A stretch of DNA of 64,000 nt from an uncultured Candidatus Entotheonella sp. (GTDB lineage Bacteria > Tectomicrobia > Entotheonellia > Entotheonellales > Entotheonellaceae). Under the pieces are notes generated by a model that saw only the letters and a program-made list of their open reading frames with translations, ran no database searches and was not told where the DNA came from. Position 1 is the first letter of the stretch; each line of letters opens with the position of its first letter. Shown one piece after another: positions 28,940 to 38,512 of this stretch. The DNA is taken from assembly GCA_965215335.1 (NCBI GenBank), contig CBDCDA010000001.1:32001-96000 (forward strand), in the 5' to 3' direction. Made by a program: the position numbers and the translations under genes.

Positions 28940-31761
28940 GTAAGGAATTTGATCCAATTTAGGTTTCCAACTTCATCGTGGGTGTAACTCATAGTTCCAG
29001 TCGCCGTGGAACACGTTGCGATGGAGCGACAGGGCGTCCATCTCGGCGTTCGTCGTCACCACTGCGGTCGGGTATGTTCTTGCGTCAAGTTCGGCTCTGA
29101 CCCGAAGACCTGCGTTGGTACGCGTATTGCCGATCAAATCGACTATGGTCTCAAAGGTCCGCAACGGCTTGCCTCGCCAATTCTGCGTGATGTGGCAGAA
29201 CAGACGATGCTCGATCTTGTTCCATTTGCTGGTACCGGGCGGGAAGTGGCTGACGTGGATGCGCACACCCGTCTCGTCGGCAAACTGTTGCAGTCCGTGC
29301 TTCCAGGCGCGACAGCGATACCCGTTGCTACCGCCCGCATCGGCAGTGATGAATAGCTCACGAGCCTCGGAGTAGCGACGCTTGCCCATCTCGTCCCACC
29401 ACCGCCGCAGCGAGGCCACCGCGAACGCCGGCGTGTCGTGGTCACACCCAACACTGACCCATGCTTCGTTGCCTCCCATATCATAGATGCCATAGGGAAT
29501 GGCCTTGCCCGTCGCGTCCTGAGGAAAGTCGTGAACCCGTGATTGCTCGGGCTGCCCCTTCGGTTGCCACTCCCGGCCAGCGTTCTTGAAATCACCCACC
29601 AACTCCTTCTTCTTGGTGTCGACCGATACCACCGGCTGACCGCGTTGCAAAAACTCATCTGCCTTTGAATTGATATGTTCGAACTGTGCGTTGCGATCGG
29701 GGTGCGACGCCCCTTCTCGACTCTTGCGCACCGATTGCAGGCGATAGCCGAGCTCATGCAGTAAACGGCCCACCGTCGTCGAACTGACCTTCCAGCCAGC
29801 CTTCGACAGCGCCACGGTGAGCTTCGCTTTGCTCTTGCACGTCCACCTCAACGGCGACTGCGGGTCGCCGCGAGTCAACGGATCAACCAACTGCTCCAGC
29901 GCTTGCTTGATGCCCGGCTGAGACTGCTCGATGCCCGGTCGTCCAGCGCCCGGTCGGCGCACCCGGCCAAACTCAGTGCCACCACCTGCCAGCTCTCGGC
30001 GTCCCGCCCGAATGGTCGGGCGCGACAATCCTGTCGCATCCGACACCAGGGCATCTCCTCCATAGCCGATGGCACGCGACTCCGTGGCTGCCCAGATACG
30101 ACGCCCACGCTCATCAAGAAACGCTTCGATCACCGCGTACTTCTCAACAATGGTGGCTTCGAGTTCGTGATCGCGCCTCATGGAACAATTGAAACACAAA
30201 ACTCAAAGCATGAAAAACTAATTTGCGACAAATTCCTAAGCGTTCAGAGGGCCGTGCAATGGGAGGGGTTATCATAGAGCCAAGAGAGGTCAGGCGGACG
30301 ATCGTGCATGAACGCCTCAAGGGCGTCAACCAACACCGAGAAGGTCGATTGTTCCAGTTGCCGACATGTCTGACGCAGCGACAGACTCCGTTGCACCCAA
30401 GCATTGCCCTTGATACTCGCCGTACCCAAGGAACTCTTGCGCCACAACACGCCAAAGCGCAAGGCGCGCTCCGCCCGGTTGTTGGTCGGCTCAACTCCCG
30501 ACTCGTTGAGAAACACCCACAACGAACCCAACTCGCGCCGCAAGCACCTCACCAGACGACCGCCATCATCAGGGCGCAGCCCATGGCGTTTCATCAGACG
30601 ACACAACCGCGCATACCATGCCTGCCATTGCCCCCCACTTGGCGGCGCGTGAGCCATCTGACACAAACGCTGGAGTTCCTGCAAGACCGCCTTGCCACAG
30701 GCAGCAAGGCCAGGAACCTGTCGCTGCGACAACTCCCGGGCACGACGAATGAGATGCGCCAAGCAGGTCTGACGAGCATTGCCCCAGGCTTGATACACCC
30801 CGTAGCCGTCACTGACCAGGATGCCGCGCCAATCCTTGATCAAAGACCCGAAGGCTTCCTGCGAACGCTTGGGATGAATACGGTACAGGGCGACGGTATC
30901 CGTGACCATGCTCCAGAGCCATTGCAAGGCATGGCGGCAGTACCAGGGCGGCTCGTCAACGTAGCCCACCCGTGCCTTGCGGGCCAAGCGAGCCATGGCC
31001 GCATCGTGCGGCACAATAGCCAGGGAGGTACGGTCGATGAGACGCTGAATCGCCCCCAGGCTGATTGGCACACCCAACACCGAGCGACAGAAATCCTGTA
31101 CGCCGCGCCGGGAGATGCGGTGCATGGCACTGAGTTCGCCAATCAAGGCCGTCAGACGCGGGCCATGGCCGGTTTGCTGCGCCTTGGGGAGGCGGGCCTT
31201 GAGCAGCCGGCCACAGCCTGAACATCGGCCTTGGTGCAAGACCCAGTGGGTGACGTGCAACGCCATGGGTGGCAACTCCATGACCTGATGGAGGTGATAC
31301 GGCGCTGTCTGGCCAGGTACGCCCTGGCCGCAGGCACAAGGTCCGGGATGGATGGCCCGCCGCTCGGTGGGACGGAGCAATCTGGAGCCTGACCCAGGAT
31401 GGCCCATTCGTGCGCCCCGTTTGCCTGGGGGCTTGTCTTGCTTGCTGACAGGTCTTTGGAAGGGTGAATCCGACGAGGGTGGTTTGTCGGATGTCTTGGA
31501 CGTGCGTTGCAAGCGCTTTTGGAGTTGGTCGATTTGTTCCTGGAGTTGGGCCAGGCGTTGGTGCAGGGTGAAGGGACAGGCTTGTACAGCCGATGGTGTG
31601 TGCTGCCAATCGGTTTGCGACAGCGACTCAGGCGGTATCGACGGTTCCATTCGGGACTTCCTGAGAAGGGCAACGGGAGAGCGAAAAACGAGTGTGACCG
31701 TAGCCCATAATAGGGCCGTCTGCAATAGATACCTGCACACTTGGCCCCCCTGAACGCTTAC
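28940..31761 (-). mobile_element. IS66-family element (single-ORF, ISBst12-like), carrying an ISAzo13 inside one terminal IR
   Basis: IR gtaagcgttcag at both ends (the left one split), 8-bp TSD gggcgcag at 28932-28939 and 31762-31769, TnpC ORF 30244-31650 (SDKPPSSD, LVSDGY, CLAHLIR, PTNNRAERALR). Confidence 0.92.
28944..30236 (-). mobile_element. ISAzo13-family element, apparently intact
   Basis: IRs ggaatttg and caaattcc, 3-bp TSD taa at 28941-28943 and 30237-30239, ORF 28973-30181 (GDPQSPLRWT, SVDTKKKE, DAGGSNG, PPGTSKWNKIEHRLF). Confidence 0.93.
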
Positions 31762-32167
31762 GGGCGCAGCGCACCGTCGGCCACTTGTCGGCCGAGAAAT
31801 TGCGCTACCGCGAACGCTCGACGGTTGAGCGGGTCAACAGCCGTCTCAAGGACGACTTCGGTGGTCGCCAAGTACGGGTGCGCGGTCCTGCCAAGGTGCT
31901 GTGCCACCTGATGTTTGGCCTGTTGGCACTGACGGTGGAGCAGTTGCTACGCCTGCTTCCCTGATTCCAGGAGGGTGTGCGCTCATGGCAGGACAGGAGA
32001 GGACAGGCCTGTCCGCGTGCTACAAAAGGGACGCCCCATCGTCTTCGAGAGCCGGGCAATACGTGGCGGCGCAGTTGTCCTGACGGCACATCCGACGTCG
32101 AAACGTCCCCACCTCTCGACGGCCGCGAATTTTGCTCTCGACGATCCAGAGTTTTGCAAGTGGCTCG

Positions 32168-33479
32168 TCGGACAGAATTTAGGCCGCCCTGTCCGCGATC
32201 GTGCCATAGTTGCGAAGGTCTTGGTATTCGGGGCTGGATTTTTCCAGGCTATGTCCCTGGGCTAAATACCGAGAAATTCGCTCAAGTAGGTGTTGGTTGA
32301 AGGCGCGACGTTTGACACTCGCCATGGAAAATCCTGCCTGGCTAACGCCGCTTTGCTGCCGAGCTTCCAGTTTGCCCAAACTCATAGCACTCGTGCTCGC
32401 ATTGAAGTGAACATGCAGCTTGGCTTGGGAACGCGCTTGACAGGCACTCAGAGACGTAAACTGCTTGGCGTCTCGGAAGAGAAATTCGATCTGGAAGCGC
32501 GCTTTGTAGGCGCGATAGAGGCTGTGCACATCCACGTCGGTATCCGTGCTGAACAGCACCGCCCGCCGGTGAGTGCGGGTATCGACCACGAGCACCACAC
32601 GCAGATTGCGCCGAAGATGCACGTGGTTGAGGACTTGGTGATAGAGCACGACGGCGTCGTCTTGGCTCGCTACACGCTCAAAGCGTGCCAGGTCGTCCCA
32701 ATGGACCTTGCCGTCATAAGTCTTGGGTCGCCCGGGTCCTGGGCGTCCCGGTCCTTGGTAGAGATAGCGCAGATTGGCGTCACGGCGCAGCTTGCCAATC
32801 TGATGCAGCCCCAGGGCGTGGAGTCCGTCAAGGAATTTACGTTTGCTGTAATAGCCATCCGTTATCACATGGCGTAGATGATGGAGTTGGTGGTCGCAGA
32901 CCACGCCTCTCAATTGCGCCAGCCAGGCATCGATGCGAGTGCCTTGCACCTCAGAGGTCTTGTCGCTCGGCGGTGTCTGCTCAACACTGAGGCCATAGGC
33001 GCATCTGTCGGTGAGGTCGAGCCAGGCCACCGCAGAGACTTCCAGACTTTTTTCACTGCGCCGGTGGCCACTATTCCAGAAGGGTTCAAGACCATAGGTG
33101 TGGTTGCCACTTTTGGGGATGAAGCTGGCATCGATGACCAGAGCCTGTTGATGATCAGGCGGGATGACCTGGGTAATGGCCGCCTTGTTGAGTGCGACAA
33201 AGTCGAAGGGTCGGTCGTACCAGCGCGCAAAGGTGCGCTCGTGATATGGACTGTAGCGGCTGAGATTGCGAAACGTGGCATGGCCGGGAAGCATCAGTAG
33301 AAGTCCCAATAGATGGGCGATGAATTTGCGTTGCGGTTTCTTGGTTTGGACCAAGGTCGGCAGTACACTTTGAAGCAGTCGCACGGGACACCTCCATTCT
33401 TTGGTTGCGTGGGCTAACACAACTATGGAATTGGAGAACCCGTGCGACTACCTTGCTCTCAAAACTGTCCGAAGTATTG
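32168..33479 (-). mobile_element. IS701/IS4-like DDE element, one IR clipped
   Basis: ORF 32179-33384 (IDASFIPKSG, ITDGYY, YKARFQIEFLFRDAKQ). IR caatacttcggacag ends at 33479; only tcggacag remains at 32168. Confidence 0.8.
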
Positions 33480-33692
33480 ATCGGTCAAACTTCGGTCAAA
33501 CTACTGATCCCTGCATCGTATTGCGATACAGGTTTTGCAAGGCGGCGAGTAACGCGGTCTTTTGCTTTCCCCAGCCGACGCGTACTTGAAATTGAGTTAT
33601 GTCACGCGACAACAGGTCATCCACCGTTTTGATGCCAGCAGCTTCAAAAGTAGGCTTCAACAGGCTTGGCACAAAAACCGGATCAGACACGA

Positions 33693-33920
33693 TCAACCCC
33701 ACTTGACACGTGCGACCTCATAGCCGGCAGTCCCGACATCCTCAACGGCCGAGCAGATAGCATCTTCGAGCGTCGTTGCTTCACGATGGAAATCAATGAA
33801 AAACAGCTCATTGGAGTTCCCGGCGTCCCATCGTCGCAGCCGTGCAAACAGCGCGTCGGCAAGGTCGGGCGCCGATTCGAGAGACTCAGCAAAGATCAAC
33901 GTGAAACCATACTGGTGCAT
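33693..33920 (-). pseudogene. Degenerate small antitoxin-like protein
   Basis: FTLIF...LADALF and IDFHREA.TLEDAI.SAVEDV are in one frame, while GCDDGTPG lies in a shifted frame between them (compensating frameshifts). Confidence 0.5.
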
Positions 33921-33952
33921 GGCCTGATTGATCGTTCCTACAGCAGTCACGC

Positions 33953-35284
33953 CTACTGCCCGAACATGGCTCTGGGCAGGAAGGTGCTGATCGGCGGGAA
34001 CAGGATCAGGATGACCAGCGCCAGCAGGGCCAGGAAGAAAAAGGGCAGGATGCCTCGGAAGATGTCGTCCAGGGAGACGTCCCGGCCTTCCGGGATTTGC
34101 GTCGCCACGGAGCGCACGGTGTACACGTTCAGCCCCACGGGCGGCGTCAACAGGCCGATTTCAATGGCCATGATGACCAGCATGGCGAAGTACACCGGGT
34201 CGATGCCCAGTTGCACGATGATCGGGTGCACAACCGGCAGGGTAATGGACATCATCGAGATGGAGTCCTGGAACATGCCGAGAAAGAAATACATGGCCAG
34301 GAAGAGCATGACAACGGCCATCGGCGGGATGCCGGCGTTGATGACCCAGGAGACGAAGGCGTTCGGCAGCCCGGTGAACACCAGGAAGCGGGCGAAAATC
34401 ATGGCGCCGATGAGGATGAAGAACACCAGCGCCGTGGTCTGCGCCGCCTCGTTCAGCGCCGCCGCGAAGTTGCGCCACGTCAGGCCGCCCGACAGCAGCG
34501 CCAGAATGAGGGCGCCCAGGGCACCGGCAGCGCCGGCCTCGGTGGGGGTGAAGACGCCGGTGTACATGCCGATGATGATCCCCGCCACGAGGACGACGAT
34601 GCCCCATACGCCGCCGAGCGATCTCAGGCGCTCGCCCCACGACGCTACCCCCTCGGAGCGCGGTGCCAGCCGGGGCCGCATCAACGCCGACACCACGATC
34701 CCCAGCGTGAAGATCACCGTCAGCACGGCGCCGGGGCCAACCCCGGCGATGAGCAGAATGCCGATCGACTGCTCGGTCAGGATGCCGTAGATCACCATCA
34801 GCGCGCTGGGCGGAATGAGCATGCCCAGCATGCCGGCCGCCGCAATCGTGCCGCAGGCGAAGCGTTTGTCGTACGCCCGCTTGCGCATTTCCGGCAGGCT
34901 GATGCGGGTGAACACCGCGCAGGCCACCACGCTGGAGCCGGTGCAGGCGCCGAACAGGGCATTGGCCCACGTCGTGGCGATGGCCAGGCCACCCGGCAGC
35001 CGACCGACCCATTTGTACGCCGCGTCGAAGGCCCGGCTGCTCATCCCGGCGTGCGTGGCAAACAGGCCCATGATGATGAACAGGGGCAGCACGGTGAAGG
35101 CGAAGGAGGCGGTGGTGGCATACGGCGTCGTGGTCAGCAGCCCTAGGCCGAACCTGACGCTGCCGGTCATGCCGATGATGCCCACGAAACCCACCACGGC
35201 GAGTGACAAGCCGACGTGAATCCCCAGCGCCAACAGTACCAGCACCGCGACGAAGCCGACGATTCCCCACACCATTGGATCCAC
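33953..35284 (-). CDS. dctM: TRAP transporter large permease
   Basis: PLFIIMG, GTIAAAGMLGMLIPPS, GVFTPTEA, EIGLLTPPVGLN. Confidence 0.93.
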   Translation of the reverse strand: MDPMVWGIVGFVAVLVLLALGIHVGLSLAVVGFVGIIGMTGSVRFGLGLLTTTPYATTASFAFTVLPLFIIMGLFATHAGMSSRAFDAAYKWVGRLPGGLAIATTWANALFGACTGSSVVACAVFTRISLPEMRKRAYDKRFACGTIAAAGMLGMLIPPSALMVIYGILTEQSIGILLIAGVGPGAVLTVIFTLGIVVSALMRPRLAPRSEGVASWGERLRSLGGVWGIVVLVAGIIIGMYTGVFTPTEAGAAGALGALILALLSGGLTWRNFAAALNEAAQTTALVFFILIGAMIFARFLVFTGLPNAFVSWVINAGIPPMAVVMLFLAMYFFLGMFQDSISMMSITLPVVHPIIVQLGIDPVYFAMLVIMAIEIGLLTPPVGLNVYTVRSVATQIPEGRDVSLDDIFRGILPFFFLALLALVILILFPPISTFLPRAMFGQ

Positions 35285-35294
35285 GCCGCGCTCC

Positions 35295-35798
35295 CTATGA
35301 TTGCTTTTCGAGGTCCTGGAGCCGCCGCGCTACGTCGGCGACAAACTGCAGGCACAGAATCGCGGCGCCGAGAGGCACGACGAACTGCGACGGGTAACGG
35401 GGGATGTTGATCAGTCCGGCGACGTAATCGCCGACCAGCCACGAGGTCCAGGCCCACCCGAAGCCGCGCCACAGGATGGTGGCGTACACCAGGATACCGA
35501 GGCAATAGGCCAGGATGTCCAGACAGGCGCGGGCGCGCGGCGGCAGACGCAGGGTGAGGAACTCGACGCGGATGTGAGCGCCCGTTCGCTGCGTCGAGGC
35601 GAGGGCGAGGAAGACAATGAACACCAGCATGAAGGAGCCGACTTCGTAGGCCATGGGCACCGGGCTGTTGAACACGTAACGCCCGGTGATGTCGGCCACC
35701 ACCAGCACCATCAGCAGCAGCACGAAGGCCGCCGACACCGCATTGGCGGCGGCGACCAGCCATCCCAGCGCCCGGTCAAGCCGCGACACGTCCCGCAT
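35295..35798 (-). CDS. dctQ: TRAP transporter small permease
   Basis: Four TM helices, GRYVFNSP, HIRVE. Confidence 0.9.
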   Translation of the reverse strand: MRDVSRLDRALGWLVAAANAVSAAFVLLLMVLVVADITGRYVFNSPVPMAYEVGSFMLVFIVFLALASTQRTGAHIRVEFLTLRLPPRARACLDILAYCLGILVYATILWRGFGWAWTSWLVGDYVAGLINIPRYPSQFVVPLGAAILCLQFVADVARRLQDLEKQS

Positions 35799-35817
35799 GG
35801 CAGCCTCCTTCGTGGCG

Positions 35818-36867
35818 TTAGCGGAAATCCGCCGCCCACATGCGGGGGAACTGGTGTCCCATGCTCTCCAGCAACTCCAGGTAGCGCACCATCACCGCCT
35901 TGCCGGCTCGCCCTTTGCCCTCCATCTCCTCGATCCAGGCGCCGGGGATGTCGGACAGAGCGTTGGACCATCTCACCTTCTCGTCGAACGGCATCTCGTG
36001 GAAAATCACGCCGGCCGCCTCGAACCCGGCCTTGGCCTCCTCGCGCCGGGAGCGGATCAGATCGGCGTTGCGCGCCACGGCTTCCTTGCCCACCTCCATC
36101 ATCAACGCCTGCAAGTCCGCCGGCAGGCTATTCCAGAACGTCGTGTTGATGGTGACCAGGATGGGCATGGCGGCGCCCATGTCGATCCACGTGGCGTGCT
36201 TGTTGAAGTCCTGGTACTTGTAGGCGAACGAGATGTCCCAGGGCAGGAACTCGGCCTCGATGACGCCCGTTTGCAGGGCCGTATAGCGTTCGGCAACCGG
36301 CATGTGAATGGCCAAGGCGCCAGCGCTGCTGAGGATTTTCGGGTGATAGGCGCCGATGGAGGCGATCTTGACGCCATCCAGGTCGTCGAAGGTGACCAAG
36401 GGCCGCTTGGAGGTGAGGTTGTAGGTGTCGATAACCAGCGGGAAGAGAAGTTTCTGGTTGTATCGCTCGATTTCGGCCTTGAGCGCCGGCACGTCCTCGA
36501 AGAGGCGCTGGCAGGCGTCGAGAATCATCTTGGGGTCGCCCGGTCCGAAGGGCACCGCGTAGGTCCAATTGACGAGCGGCAGCTTGCCGGCGTAGTAGGG
36601 CGCGGCGATGCTGCCCACCTCCACCAGCCCGAACTCGACGGCTTCCAGTTCCTCGCCGGCCTTGGTCAGGGCGCCCATCCAGAAGAACTCCCAACTGATG
36701 CGGCCGTCGCTGCGCCGGGCGACTTCGTCGGCCCACCACTTGGCCGTTTCGCTGACCAGGAACGGCGGCGGCGCGATCGGCGAGGTGAACTTCAGCCGCA
36801 GCGTCTGCGAGACGACAGGGGCCGCGTACAACAGGGACAAGGTTGCGAGGATGCCGATAGTCTTCAT
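35818..36867 (-). CDS. dctP: TRAP transporter substrate-binding protein
   Basis: Signal peptide, DLDGVKI, ERYTALQTGVIE. Operonic with dctQM. Confidence 0.88.
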   Translation of the reverse strand: MKTIGILATLSLLYAAPVVSQTLRLKFTSPIAPPPFLVSETAKWWADEVARRSDGRISWEFFWMGALTKAGEELEAVEFGLVEVGSIAAPYYAGKLPLVNWTYAVPFGPGDPKMILDACQRLFEDVPALKAEIERYNQKLLFPLVIDTYNLTSKRPLVTFDDLDGVKIASIGAYHPKILSSAGALAIHMPVAERYTALQTGVIEAEFLPWDISFAYKYQDFNKHATWIDMGAAMPILVTINTTFWNSLPADLQALMMEVGKEAVARNADLIRSRREEAKAGFEAAGVIFHEMPFDEKVRWSNALSDIPGAWIEEMEGKGRAGKAVMVRYLELLESMGHQFPRMWAADFR

Positions 36868-37019
36868 CAAACGGTTCCTACCCATCTTGTGTGATCTCCT
36901 TCCCGGCCAAGCCGATGGGGGCGTACAGCGGTCGTGAAACGCCGCCATCATAGCACAGGCCACCGCGTCGGCCATAACAGGCCGAGACTGCCCTGCGTGC
37001 TGCCGCAGACCGGGCTTGA

Positions 37020-37286
37020 CAGCTGGCAGCCCGGCCAGTACACACTCGATGGCATTGAAGACTTCGCGCAGGTCCGTCTTGCGTGCCTGTTGCCGGCTTT
37101 CTCCCAATCCCGTAATGGACGGTTACGATAGCCCTGGCGATGAATCCGGCTCGTCAACCCCTTGGCCTTGAGCTTCTCCTCGATGGCTCTCGACCGCTAG
37201 GCACTGTCGGCCCACACAGCGCTTGCCGTGTTGTCCGTTGTCAGCACCTCGTCAACCGCCTGGCTGTCGTGAACCGAGGCGTCCGT
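37020..37286 (-). mobile_element. Fused fragments of two IS5-family transposases
   Basis: ASVHDSQAV...VWADSA*...IHRQGYRNRPL joined to RKTDLREVFNAI...GCQ. Confidence 0.6.
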
Positions 37287-38007
37287 CTATTCACGCAGTG
37301 TGCCGAACACGCCATCCAGTCGAAAGCTTGTAAACTTTCCGGCTGCTCCTTCATGGTCATGGCCATAAAATGCGCCATTGAATGCGCCATTGATGGTCCT
37401 GTATCCGTTCCGACTCTGGAACTTGCCGTTCGACAGGCTCAGGTTTCTCCAGGCTAAGTCGGCGTGGTCTTTCGTGAAATTCGTGAAGTCAACATTGATC
37501 GTCGCGGTACTGAGGTCGACTTCAAGGCGGGCATCCCCGCTGACCGGAGTGCCGAAGGTGTCTGGATGTACGTCGTAGGCGCGTACACCACCAGACCAAA
37601 CTACAGACCCACTCACCGGATTGCTGCCTGTGGGTATGCCTTGGGTTACAAGTTCATAATCGGAACCGAATGGATCATCGGTGTCGCGGATGAACATCTT
37701 GAACAGAGTCGTGTCGCCCTGATTCAACCAAAAACCCCAGTCGTCGAATGAGTAGTAGTCACGCATTCCCGAAAAGGTGCCTGGGAAGCGGCCACCGATA
37801 CTGGTCACGCTGTAACTCGTGATTCCCGTGACACGGGCAGTTCCCATCTTGTTGAATGTCACTGGACCGGTTGGCTCCGGTTCTGGTGTGGGTTGTATTG
37901 GAGGCTCTGGCATGGGAATCGTTGCCAGACTCATCACCACCGTCTCCGCAAGCGGTCAGCATGAGTATGGCGGAAAGAATCAGGATGAAAAGGGTAATTC
38001 TGGACAT
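37287..38007 (-). pseudogene. Frameshifted surface lipoprotein with transferrin-binding-protein-like C-terminal barrel
   Basis: Lipobox LTAC in one frame. Pro-rich linker and barrel (INGAFNGAFYGHDHEGAAGKF...GVFG) in the next frame. One extra base near 37917. Confidence 0.65.
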
Positions 38008-38086
38008 GTGAACGAGGAACATGGGACACCTCCCCTGGGCGGGCGTTCCCGGCGGCCCCCGATTGGCGCCGGGCCGTTGCGAACAC

Positions 38087-38107
38087 CCTTATGCGTTACG
38101 CATAAGG
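38087..38107. promoter_or_regulatory. Perfect inverted repeat (10-bp arms, 1-nt centre), candidate operator
   Basis: ccttatgcgt-t-acgcataagg, about 80 bp upstream of the lipoprotein start. Confidence 0.4.
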
Positions 38108-38224
38108 CAGGAGGAAACCTATCCATGCAAAAGAGTGCACATTTTCCCTACATCAGAACTTATCTCCACTGTACACGACAAAAATCACCAAGTAGTTGAG
38201 AGACAAGGTGTAATCCCCTAGGGT

Positions 38225-38512
38225 GGGTCGCCAACACGCCCGCTCGAACAGGTGACCGCGCAAGCGCGCCGTGGCGCCGCTTCGGTTCCGGGTAAGATCG
38301 GCAAACTGGATGCCATCGTCGGTCAGCACCGTATGGACCTGGTAGGGCACAGCTGCCGCCGCTTTCGTGTTGGCGCGTTCCACCAGCTTGGCGAAGGCGA
38401 ACTTCGAGGTCCGGTCGATGGCGATGAACAGATGGAGTTTGCCCTCGGCGGTGCGCAGTTCGGCGATGTCGACATGGAAATAGCCGATGGGGTAGCGCTT
38501 GAAGCGCTTCCT
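38225..38512 (-). mobile_element. IS481-family transposase fragment
   Basis: KRFKRYPIGYFHVDIAELRTAEGK...AIDRTSKF...HTVLTDDGIQF. Near-identical segment at about 51110-51325. Confidence 0.85.

Larger units (their letters stand above)
27865..32166 (+). mobile_element. IS1182-like element, frameshifted and interrupted by nested IS66 and ISAzo13
   Basis: Terminal IRs gagccttttgcaaaa (27865) and ttttgcaagtggctc (ends 32166). Transposase 28005-28939 (frameshift near 28510) resumes after 31761 with RERSTVERVNSRLKDDFGG to the stop at 31964. Family assignment is by motif only. Confidence 0.8.

Noticed and set aside
33481..33702. 11-bp tandem duplication (tcggtcaaact x2) and a 68-aa ORF beside the IS end
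   Set aside because: It is not a TSD of the adjacent IS, and the ORF could not be assigned to any family.
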